DNA from: an uncultured Candidatus Saccharibacteria bacterium | Lineage (GTDB): Bacteria > Patescibacteriota > Andersenbacteria > UBA10190 | Reading direction: 5' to 3' | Assembly: GCA_964359735.1 (NCBI GenBank) | Contig: CAYHTZ010000002.1 | Span: 22,937-86,936 of the forward strand | DNA: 64,000 nt | Shown: in pieces, positions 28,304 to 36,215 of the stretch | Layout: each line of letters opens with the position of its first letter | Numbering within the stretch: the stretch's first letter is position 1 | Notes under the pieces: generated by a model | The model's database searches: none | Told to the model about the DNA's origin: nothing | The model's input: only the letters and a program-made list of their open reading frames with translations | Made by a program: the position numbers and the translations under genes

Positions 28304-28330
28304 GGGGTAAGAGTTTGGTATACTCTTTGT

Positions 28331-30016
28331 ATGCCACTGGTGCATGATTCTTCGGACGAGAAGGAGTTAAAAAAGGAGCTCACGACGAAGCTCTCAGTGC
28401 TCTCCCGAGAGCAGGAAGAGCGTCTGGCGCAGCAGCGGGCGGAGAGGTTGGGCTTGCCGTACGTGAGCTTAGTCACCTTCCCGATTGACGCTGATATTTT
28501 GGAAGCTGTGCCGAAAGCGGACGCGGCTAAGGCTGGGGCAGTGCTCTTCTATCGTCATGGGAAAGATATGCGGTTAGGCGTCATTAACCCAACTCTGCCG
28601 GCGACAAAGGAATTGGTACAGGAGCTGACTAAACGGTATGGAGCGCGGCCGCAACTCTACGTCATTTCTACCAGGAGTCTTGCGGCCTCGCTGGCTCGCT
28701 ATCGGCGGGCGCGGGAGGCGGAAGTGCTGCCTGAGCAAGAGCTACGTGTGGCTGACGAGATGCTCTCCGAGTACCGCCAAACTATTAAGCGCCTGTCTGA
28801 GCTGGGACAGCGGATCACCAGTCTTCCTCCCACCGAAGTCCTGAACGCGATTGTAACAGGGGCGGTAGAGATGGACGCCTCAGACATTCACGTGGAGCCG
28901 AAAGAAAAGGAAGCGCGGCTGCGCTACCGCATCGATGGCGTGCTGCAAGATATTACCTCGTTTGCCCGGGATGGCTGGGCGCTCTTGCTTTCGCGCGTTA
29001 AGGTACTATCGAAGCTCAAACTGAACGTTCACGAAGTACCTCAGGATGGCAGTTTTGTGTTGCGCCTGGGTGGGGAAACGTATGACATCCGCGTCTCCAT
29101 CCTGCCTGGGGATTGGGGAGAAAATATTGTGATGCGTATTCTATCGCGCAAAGCGGAGCTCGTGAAAGTCACGGAGCTCGGTATGAAGCAGCGCGATTAC
29201 GAAGTTATGCAGCGGGAGCTCAAGCGGCCGAACGGTATGATCTTAGTGACCGGGCCGACGGGGAGCGGAAAAACAACTACGCTTGCCTCCTTTCTTCAAG
29301 AAATTAATACCCCTGACCTTAAAATTATTACGCTGGAAGACCCTATTGAATACCGAATCCCCGGAGTGGAACAAACCGAGGTGGACGCGGTTGCCGGGTA
29401 CACGTTTGCGAAAGGGTTGCGTTCGATTCTACGCCAAGACCCCGATATTATTTTAGTGGGAGAAATGCGGGATATTGAAACAGCTGAGACGGCGGTGAAT
29501 GCTGCGCTGACCGGGCACTTGGTGTTCTCTACGTTACACACGAACAACGCCCCCGGCGCTATTCCTCGGCTCATCTCCATGGGAGTAAAACCCTTTGTGT
29601 TAGCGCCGGCGCTGAACGTGGTCATTGCCCAGAGGTTGGTGCGGAAAGTGTGTCGGGAGTGTGCGGAGGAGTATACACCGGACCAACCACTCATCGATCG
29701 TATTTTGAGCGTAATGCAGGGGGTGAAGAAAGAAGTGTTCGACCCGGCCACGCTCAAAAAGCCCAAACTCAAGTTTGTACGGGCGAAGGGGTGTGTCGCC
29801 TGCGGGGAAACGGGGTACAAAGGCAGAATAGGAGTATTTGAAATTTTCGTAGTGGAAGGCCGTATGGAGCAGCTGGTATTGGCGGGAGCCGATGGCCAGC
29901 AAATTCGGGAAGAAGCGTTGAAGCAAGGTATGACCACGATCGGCCAGGATGGCTACCTCAAGGTTATTGATAAGGTAACAGCTGTCGAGGAAGTGGAAAG
30001 GATCTCAGAAGAATAA
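28331..30016 (+). CDS. pilB: Type IV pilus / type II secretion assembly ATPase (PilB/GspE family).
   Basis: Walker A LVTGPTGSGKTTT, Asp box, Walker B ILVGEMRD, His box, and a tetracysteine CRECAEEY...CVACGETGYKGR. Confidence 0.85.
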   Translation: MPLVHDSSDEKELKKELTTKLSVLSREQEERLAQQRAERLGLPYVSLVTFPIDADILEAVPKADAAKAGAVLFYRHGKDMRLGVINPTLPATKELVQELTKRYGARPQLYVISTRSLAASLARYRRAREAEVLPEQELRVADEMLSEYRQTIKRLSELGQRITSLPPTEVLNAIVTGAVEMDASDIHVEPKEKEARLRYRIDGVLQDITSFARDGWALLLSRVKVLSKLKLNVHEVPQDGSFVLRLGGETYDIRVSILPGDWGENIVMRILSRKAELVKVTELGMKQRDYEVMQRELKRPNGMILVTGPTGSGKTTTLASFLQEINTPDLKIITLEDPIEYRIPGVEQTEVDAVAGYTFAKGLRSILRQDPDIILVGEMRDIETAETAVNAALTGHLVFSTLHTNNAPGAIPRLISMGVKPFVLAPALNVVIAQRLVRKVCRECAEEYTPDQPLIDRILSVMQGVKKEVFDPATLKKPKLKFVRAKGCVACGETGYKGRIGVFEIFVVEGRMEQLVLAGADGQQIREEALKQGMTTIGQDGYLKVIDKVTAVEEVERISEE

Positions 30017-30019
30017 ATT

Positions 30020-30095
30020 CAGTACACAGTATGCAGTAAACAGTGCGCAGTGCTCGGTTTCTGACTGTATTCTGTGTCCTGTCTACTGTTTACTT
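30020..30095. terminator. Long imperfect inverted repeat built from five CAGTRNN heptamers and their five inverted copies, lying between the convergent pilB and DHH genes. Likely a bidirectional terminator and a copy of the heptamer-array element.
   Basis: cagtaca cagtatg cagtaaa cagtgcg cagtgct, then gactgt attctgt gtcctgt ctactgt ttacttg. Confidence 0.45.
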
Positions 30096-30097
30096 GC

Positions 30098-31267
30098 TTA
30101 CGGTAGGATTCCTCGAATTTTCTCCAGGGCCTGGTGGGTGGCAGCCTCGAGCGAAGGGGCGGAGAGACGCAGTACCAGAGCGCTATTCTGTTTTTCAGCG
30201 GAGAGTTCGCTTTGAATTTCTTCACGGCGGTTGAGCAGACCCTTTCCTAGGAGTAGGTGGACTTGATAGGCGCCGAGCCTCTGCTCGTACAAAATGAAAG
30301 CCGCGTTGAAGCCGGCGATATTGTTGGTGAGTTCGCGCATGACGTCGGGAATAATGTCGGGAGCGGCGTTACTCTCCTCGAAATCGATGGGGCGGAGAAT
30401 ACTCCAGTAGAGCCCCCCGCCTTCTTCATGCTGGAGGCGGGCAAACGAGCGGCCCAGGAGTTTCAAGAGCGAGAGCGGCTTGGTTTTGACGATGTGTTGA
30501 ATAACGGATTCCTTATCGGCTTCTCTCTCGAGAAGGTCGGCGGCGAGCTGGAAGGCCTGCGGGGTAGTGGAAGGCTTTTGGAATGAGTCGGTAGCCGAGA
30601 CAATGCCCGCGTAGAGACAGGTGGCCAGGTCTGGGGTGGGCGCCGCATCCGGGAGAGTATTTATAAGGTGGTAGGTGACCTCGGCCACCGAGCTGGCCGT
30701 GATATCTACGATATTAACCGTGCCGAAGTGTTCATTTTTGGCGCGATGATCAATGTTGATGATCGGCGTGCTGTAAAAAAAATCTGTGTGCTGAGTGAAA
30801 ATGTTGCCGAGCTCTTCCAAATCAGCGGCGCCGAGGATGATGGCGAGATCGTACGGCAAGGGGCGGACCACGGTTTCAATTTGATCTTTCGTAAGGCTGA
30901 CGCCCGGGGGGAACACCACGTGAATACGGACCCCGCCGGAGAGAGGTTCTTCGCGCAGGGCCACTGTTTGAGCCGGGCCGGCGATATCTACCACTACGTC
31001 TGATTGCTCTCGCGGTTGCATTTTCACTTGCGAAGAGCCGGGGAGAAACTGCAAGGCGGCGGGAACGTGAGAAGGGCTGACCGCGTCAACTTCCTCCGCC
31101 CCCTTTCCCATTAAGAGAGCCAGGTAGAGGGCGGTCATGGAGGCGAAGGCGTCGTACGAAGGCTTTTCCGGAACGAGGAGGAGAGTATGCGAGGCACGCT
31201 CCGTAAGTGAGATAGCTTGTTGCAGCTCGGGTAACGCCATAAATCTGCCTATGGTACCGTTCCTCAT
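30098..31267 (-). CDS. DHH/DHHA1-family phosphoesterase-like protein (NrnA-like) with degenerate catalytic motifs.
   Basis: Overall DHH then DHHA1 layout, but the motifs are divergent (IDHR instead of DHH, GGGL instead of GGGH). The start was set to an internal Met. Confidence 0.5.
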   Translation of the reverse strand: MRNGTIGRFMALPELQQAISLTERASHTLLLVPEKPSYDAFASMTALYLALLMGKGAEEVDAVSPSHVPAALQFLPGSSQVKMQPREQSDVVVDIAGPAQTVALREEPLSGGVRIHVVFPPGVSLTKDQIETVVRPLPYDLAIILGAADLEELGNIFTQHTDFFYSTPIINIDHRAKNEHFGTVNIVDITASSVAEVTYHLINTLPDAAPTPDLATCLYAGIVSATDSFQKPSTTPQAFQLAADLLEREADKESVIQHIVKTKPLSLLKLLGRSFARLQHEEGGGLYWSILRPIDFEESNAAPDIIPDVMRELTNNIAGFNAAFILYEQRLGAYQVHLLLGKGLLNRREEIQSELSAEKQNSALVLRLSAPSLEAATHQALEKIRGILP

Positions 31268-31327
31268 CTGGTATGGGAATGGCAGGGTTTGTGGAAAAGG
31301 TGGGTAAAGGCGGTTACGATTACACAC

Positions 31328-32113
31328 ATGTTCCTCTCTGAAATAGTGATTCTTGGGCTGGTTCAGGGCTTAACAGAGTTTTTACCAATTAGTTCCAGCG
31401 GCCACTTAGTCCTGGCTCGAATGTTGTTCGGTATTTCAGATGCAAACGGCACCGCCTTTGATGCTTTTTTACATTTGGGCACGTTGCTCGCTGTCGGCGT
31501 GTACTTTCGGCAAGTGTGGTGGGGAATTTTGCGAGGTCTCTTTACCAATGACAGCGAGGGGCGCGATAAGCGCGAGCTCGCGGCCAAACTGGCGCTCGCC
31601 ACCGTGCCGGCGGCTATAGCCGGGTACGCTTTTCAAGCAATGGGAGAGGAAACGGGGCGTTCCCCAGGCCTTTTGGCAGCGGGGTTTCTCATTACGGCGG
31701 CTTTGCTGGCCGCTACTGACCTTGTGTCCCAGCGGCGAGTGACCACTTCCCGGGCAGGCTTCCGAGATGCGTTTCTCATTGGGCTGGCGCAAATAGCGGC
31801 GCTGTTCCCGAGTATTTCGCGCTCGGGCGTAACCATTGCAGCCGGCCGCTTCTTGAGCATGTCGCGCAAGCAAGCCACCACCTTTTCCTTCCTGATGTCG
31901 GCGCCAATCATCGCAGGAGCAGGACTCTCCAGCCTCGGAGCCTTGGTAGGTGCAAATGATTTTTCGGCTGGGCAGCTTTTGTTTGGATTCCTCGTGTCTT
32001 TTCTCGCCGGCGTGGCGGCGATTGCGTTCGTTTTGAAAATTGTGGAAAAGGTATCGTTTTGGCCCTTTGTCATCTACCTTGTGGGGGTGGCGGCGTGGCT
32101 CCTTTGGTCGTAA
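31328..32113 (+). CDS. uppP: Undecaprenyl-diphosphatase (BacA/UppP).
   Basis: ILGLVQGLTEFLPISSSGHL...SRSGVTI are the UppP conserved motifs; about 8 TM helices. Confidence 0.8.
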   Translation: MFLSEIVILGLVQGLTEFLPISSSGHLVLARMLFGISDANGTAFDAFLHLGTLLAVGVYFRQVWWGILRGLFTNDSEGRDKRELAAKLALATVPAAIAGYAFQAMGEETGRSPGLLAAGFLITAALLAATDLVSQRRVTTSRAGFRDAFLIGLAQIAALFPSISRSGVTIAAGRFLSMSRKQATTFSFLMSAPIIAGAGLSSLGALVGANDFSAGQLLFGFLVSFLAGVAAIAFVLKIVEKVSFWPFVIYLVGVAAWLLWS

Positions 32114-32123
32114 GGTAAAGTGT

Positions 32124-32867
32124 ATGGATATCTCTGTCATTATTCCCGCTCACAACGAGGTAGGTACGATCGAGCGCCTCTTGCAATCGCTCCAGCGGCA
32201 AGAATTTGAGCGGCAGGCTTTCGAAATTATCGTGGTGGCGGACCGATGCACAGACCAAACGGTGGCGGCGGCGCAAAGGTTTCAAGTTGACCAGGTGGTA
32301 GAGGGTGTATTCAACAGTCCGGCCGCGGCGCGTAACGCGGGAGCAGGAAAAGCCAGGGGAAGAATCCTCCTTTTTCTCGATGCTGATGTCATTTTACCAA
32401 CCCCTACTTTTCTCACCGCGGTTTTGAATCAGGCGCGGGAGGGAGTGGTGGGCACATGTCTCGCTACGCCGCAGCAGCCAGGCTTTCGGGCGCGGTTATT
32501 TTGGGTGGTGCGCAACGGTTTCAAGAAGCTCAAATGGGCGCGAGACTCCAATTCCATGTTATTTGTTGACCGGCGTACATTTCGGTCAGTGGGTGGGTAT
32601 AAGGCCTCCGCGTGGCCGTTCGAGTATTACGATTTCATCCAAGCAGCGCGGAAGCAAGGAACCCCGTACGTATTCTTATCTGAGCCCGCGGTGGCAGTTT
32701 CCATGCGCCGATATGAGGGGGGAGGGTACGCGCGCACCATACTGTGGTGGCTTGGGCAAATCGCCCGGTATAACTTGGGAATGAAAGTGCAACGGCCAAA
32801 GCCGGTAGAGGTGTGGGAGCGGGAGCGCTGGACCCGTACCCTGATAGGGCTGTTTGGTTGGGAGTAA
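32124..32867 (+). CDS. Family 2 glycosyltransferase.
   Basis: MDISVIIPAHNE...LFLDADV is a GT2 signature. The start was set to the internal Met after the uppP stop. Confidence 0.7.
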   Translation: MDISVIIPAHNEVGTIERLLQSLQRQEFERQAFEIIVVADRCTDQTVAAAQRFQVDQVVEGVFNSPAAARNAGAGKARGRILLFLDADVILPTPTFLTAVLNQAREGVVGTCLATPQQPGFRARLFWVVRNGFKKLKWARDSNSMLFVDRRTFRSVGGYKASAWPFEYYDFIQAARKQGTPYVFLSEPAVAVSMRRYEGGGYARTILWWLGQIARYNLGMKVQRPKPVEVWERERWTRTLIGLFGWE

Positions 32868-32888
32868 TGAGCATACACTAGCTTTTAC

Positions 32889-33605
32889 ATGACGGCGCTC
32901 CGTACCCGCGTTTTGCGGTTCATTTGGCAGTTGTACCCGGATCGCATCCGAGGATACCGGTTTTGGCGCCAGCTTAAGAGGATCGCCCAGGCGAGGCCGA
33001 GGTTATTTTTTATTCAGATTGGCGCGAACGACGGGGTGGTGGCGGACCCTCTCCGTCAGTTCATCTTGAAGTACCGCTGGCGGGGCATCTTGGTGGAACC
33101 GCTGCCGGCCGCTTTCCAGGCGCTTAAACGGAATTATCACGGAGTGGAAGGCTTGCAGTTTGAGAATTCAGCGATTGGGAAGGAGGCAGGAGAGGCGACG
33201 CTCTACTATCTCAAGAACAGCGAGCAGCTCGTGCGATGGTGCGGCAGCATAGCATCATTCTCGAAGGAACATGTGCTCAAGCACCGTTGGGCTGTCCCAG
33301 GGATGGAACATTTAATAGAAGAAGTGCGAGTGCCCACCCTGTCGTTTCCTCAACTTCTCGAGAAGTATCACGTGCGCCAGCTTGATCTCGTGTGCATTGA
33401 CGTGGAAGGGTTTGACTGGGAGGTTATGCAACAGATTCCCTTTGATCGCTGGCGGCCGGCCGCCATTATGTACGAGCACGTCCATCTGAAAGATGTGGAG
33501 AAAGCAGCCTGTGAGCGTTTGCTCGAGGGCCACGGTTACACTCTGGCGCGCACTTCGCGCGATACGCTTGCTGTAAGGTATGAAGCGAACACTACACAAC
33601 CTTAA
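32889..33605 (+). CDS. FkbM-family methyltransferase.
   Basis: FFIQIGANDGVVADP...VCIDVEGFDWEV matches the FkbM family pattern. Confidence 0.7.
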   Translation: MTALRTRVLRFIWQLYPDRIRGYRFWRQLKRIAQARPRLFFIQIGANDGVVADPLRQFILKYRWRGILVEPLPAAFQALKRNYHGVEGLQFENSAIGKEAGEATLYYLKNSEQLVRWCGSIASFSKEHVLKHRWAVPGMEHLIEEVRVPTLSFPQLLEKYHVRQLDLVCIDVEGFDWEVMQQIPFDRWRPAAIMYEHVHLKDVEKAACERLLEGHGYTLARTSRDTLAVRYEANTTQP

Positions 33606-34011
33606 CGAAGTACAAGCGCTCGCCCAGGAGTTAGCAGCGCGCCTCCGCGGCGGAGAAGTGTGGCTGCTGTCGGGCCCGCTGGGTGCGGGCAAGACCACAT
33701 TCGTACAAGCGCTCGCGCGGGAATTAGGCGTTCAAGATATCGTTAACTCTCCTACGTATACGATTGCTGCTGAGTATGCTGTTCCTGATCACAACTTCAT
33801 CAAAACGCTGGTGCACGTGGATTTATACCGTCTCTCCGAACATGCCGGCGGTGATCCCGCCGTGCGAGATGTACTGGAGCGAGCGGGAAAGGAGCGTCTC
33901 ACGGTGATTGAGTGGGCGGAGCGGTTGGGGGAAAGTGTGCCAGCCGGAACATGGATTCGGTTTGACTACGGGGATGAAGCAGGCGAGAGAGTGGTTATGC
34001 TTGATGATTAA
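33580..34011 (+). CDS. tsaE: tRNA threonylcarbamoyladenosine biosynthesis protein TsaE.
   Basis: LSGPLGAGKTTFVQALAREL...NSPTYTIAAEY...HVDLYRL are TsaE/YjeE motifs. Confidence 0.8.
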   Translation: MKRTLHNLNEVQALAQELAARLRGGEVWLLSGPLGAGKTTFVQALARELGVQDIVNSPTYTIAAEYAVPDHNFIKTLVHVDLYRLSEHAGGDPAVRDVLERAGKERLTVIEWAERLGESVPAGTWIRFDYGDEAGERVVMLDD

Positions 34012-36110
34012 GGATAGCGCAGGACACGAAAGAGATTGCTATACGCATCGGTCCAATCAACTTTCTTGGTATGTGAGGTAAGCGAAGCGGCGTGGGGAGC
34101 TTGGAAGAGATCGGTTAGGGTAGAGGGTTCACGTGCGAGCAGTACCCATACCGAAGGGGTGCCGTGATGGCTCTCGGAGGCTTCGTCGCTCACCACGACG
34201 CCAACCAGATTTTTTGCCTCGGCATGGCCGGCCAGTACGGGGTGCAAGTTTACATGGCGGTTAGAAATATTAAACGCCAGCATGCCGCCGGGGGCGAGGT
34301 GATCTAGGTAGAGGGCAACGGCTTCGCGGGTCAGCAAGTGTATGGGAATGGCATCGTCGGTAAAGGCATCTACTACAATGAAGTCAAACTGGCCGGCCTG
34401 GCCTGCGCGCCGCTCGCGTTCTAAAGAGAGGCGGGCGTCGCCTACAGCAGTTTCCACTTTACCGGGGCAGTGTTGCAAGTACGTGAAGTACTGGCTGGCG
34501 AGATCAAGCACCGCGGGGTTAATCTCGTAGAAGCGGAACTCGTCCTCCGGGTGAGTACAAAAGGCAGCCATAGTACCGGCGCCCAGGCCGAGAGTGGCTA
34601 CGTTCAGGGGTTCGCGGCTGCGGCGCCTTGGGTGAGAAGCGATGGCCCGGGCAATGCCGCTGCTCTCGGTGTAATAGGTGGTAGGCAGAAACTCGGCCTC
34701 GCTGCTCGTGACTTGGCTGCCGTGCAAAATATGGCCATTGACCATGTAGCGTTCATTCACCCCATCGGCGATACTTTGTTCTTGAACTTTTACTACTCCG
34801 TAGAAGTTTCTGGAGCGGGTGAGAGTGGAGCGAGCCTCAAGCCAGGTGCCGAGCGCAAAGGTAATTATCAGAACTACAGGTAACACGGTAGAGAAAATTC
34901 GGTGTTGTTTTGGTCCCAAGAGGCGTGCCAGAGTGGGGTTCACCGTGACGAGGGCCACCGCGACGGCCGCGATGATAAGGAGGGGGAACTCCCAGTGGTC
35001 AGGGAAGAGGAATGGGACGACCAGCGAAACGAGGATAGCGCCGACCGCGCTGCCGGCAGCCACCACTAAGTAAAACCAAGGTAAGTGCCGTACGGACGGG
35101 CGCTGCCGGTAGAGGTATTCGTGGCAGACGGCGCAGCCTAAGAAGATTGCGAGGCCAAAGAGAACTACTTGAGAGATAATGTCGAGCGGCAGGCCGCGCA
35201 GGTAGGCACCCATCGCGAACGGAGCCGCGGTTAAGAAGAGAACGCCGAAGGCGTTAGGGTAGTAGCGCAGGCCGCTGAATACGAATATGAAGGAGAGAAG
35301 GTAAAGCGCGAGCGGGAGCAGCCACAGAAAAGGCGCCGCTGCGATTTCTTGAGTTATTTGGGTTGTACCCGCGATTAGGAGCGCGGAGGTGAGGGCGGGT
35401 AGACCCAACCAGGCAGTGTAGAGACGGAGCCGGCCGGGCGGGAGAGCCTCTTCTTCGATGTCGCGGGCTATATCTTTGGATTTTTGGTAGTAGAACATAG
35501 CCACTCCAGCCGTCAGGATAGTGGTGACAAAGAAACTTGCCGTCCACACCACTGCCTGCGTGGGGAGGGAAAAGAGAGGTTCGAATACGAAAGGGTAGGA
35601 GAGCAGAGCTATAAGGGAGGCGGCATTTGAGAGCGCGTAGAGCTTATAGGGAGAAGTGGGCTTGAGGGCCCCCCACCAGCGCTGCAGAAGAGGGCTGGTG
35701 GTGGAGAGCACCCCATACGGGAGTCCCACGGCGACAGTTAAAAGGAGCAGAATGTGCCAGGCGGGAGACTCATCCTGGGTGGGCTGCCAATCAATGCTTG
35801 GCAGAAGGGGAACCGGCCAATCCTGGGTGGTGATGAAGAGGACCAACCAGGAGACGCCAATAAGGCCGAGGTGGATCGCTGCTTGCTGCCGGGGAGGTAC
35901 GTAGGCGGTAAGGAAGTGGACATATGCGTACCCCAAGAGGAGTACGACAATGAAAAACATCATGCTGGTGGTCCAGACAGCGGCGCTACCGCCGAACCAC
36001 GGCGTGAGATACTTCGCTACGAGCGGCTGAATTAGAAAAAGCAGGAAGGCGCTGGCAAAGACAGTGAGAGGGTACAGCCACTTCATATCAGGTTGTTTAC
36101 TGTATAGCAC
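34008..36110 (-). CDS. Fused polytopic membrane domain plus spermidine-synthase-like (aminopropyltransferase fold) protein.
   Basis: About 12 N-terminal TM helices. C-terminal VATLGLGAGTMAAF...DFIVVDAFTDDAIPIHLLTREA is a spermidine-synthase-like Rossmann fold. Confidence 0.7.
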   Translation of the reverse strand: MLYSKQPDMKWLYPLTVFASAFLLFLIQPLVAKYLTPWFGGSAAVWTTSMMFFIVVLLLGYAYVHFLTAYVPPRQQAAIHLGLIGVSWLVLFITTQDWPVPLLPSIDWQPTQDESPAWHILLLLTVAVGLPYGVLSTTSPLLQRWWGALKPTSPYKLYALSNAASLIALLSYPFVFEPLFSLPTQAVVWTASFFVTTILTAGVAMFYYQKSKDIARDIEEEALPPGRLRLYTAWLGLPALTSALLIAGTTQITQEIAAAPFLWLLPLALYLLSFIFVFSGLRYYPNAFGVLFLTAAPFAMGAYLRGLPLDIISQVVLFGLAIFLGCAVCHEYLYRQRPSVRHLPWFYLVVAAGSAVGAILVSLVVPFLFPDHWEFPLLIIAAVAVALVTVNPTLARLLGPKQHRIFSTVLPVVLIITFALGTWLEARSTLTRSRNFYGVVKVQEQSIADGVNERYMVNGHILHGSQVTSSEAEFLPTTYYTESSGIARAIASHPRRRSREPLNVATLGLGAGTMAAFCTHPEDEFRFYEINPAVLDLASQYFTYLQHCPGKVETAVGDARLSLERERRAGQAGQFDFIVVDAFTDDAIPIHLLTREAVALYLDHLAPGGMLAFNISNRHVNLHPVLAGHAEAKNLVGVVVSDEASESHHGTPSVWVLLAREPSTLTDLFQAPHAASLTSHTKKVDWTDAYSNLFRVLRYP

Positions 36111-36128
36111 AGTCGGTAGAATCTAAAG

Positions 36129-36215
36129 GATGGCCAAAACCCCCAAACTCGCCTTGATCGACCCCACTTCGCTAAAGCTTCGCGGGGCAGGCGCCCATGC
36201 TATTTATGGCTCGTA
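36129..36215 (+). other. 28-codon upstream mini-ORF. Its first 12 codons duplicate the PolA N-terminus at the amino-acid level, and it is preceded by an AAAGGA Shine-Dalgarno-like sequence.
   Basis: MAKTPKLALIDP against PolA MARNPKLALIDA. 7 of 10 codon differences are synonymous. The mini-ORF ends with TAA overlapping the polA start, in a different frame. Confidence 0.35.

Noticed and set aside
32040-32123. MWKRY... N-terminal extension of the GT2 gene, resembling MWKRW at the uppP ORF start.
   Set aside because: It overlaps the uppP 3' end. The similarity is a coincidence of reading frames, and the internal MDISVIIPAHNE start is the GT2 consensus N-terminus.
31469-32140. 223-aa and 146-aa minus-strand ORFs inside uppP.
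   Set aside because: They are antisense to a confidently assigned UppP gene and have Arg/Pro-rich low-complexity products.
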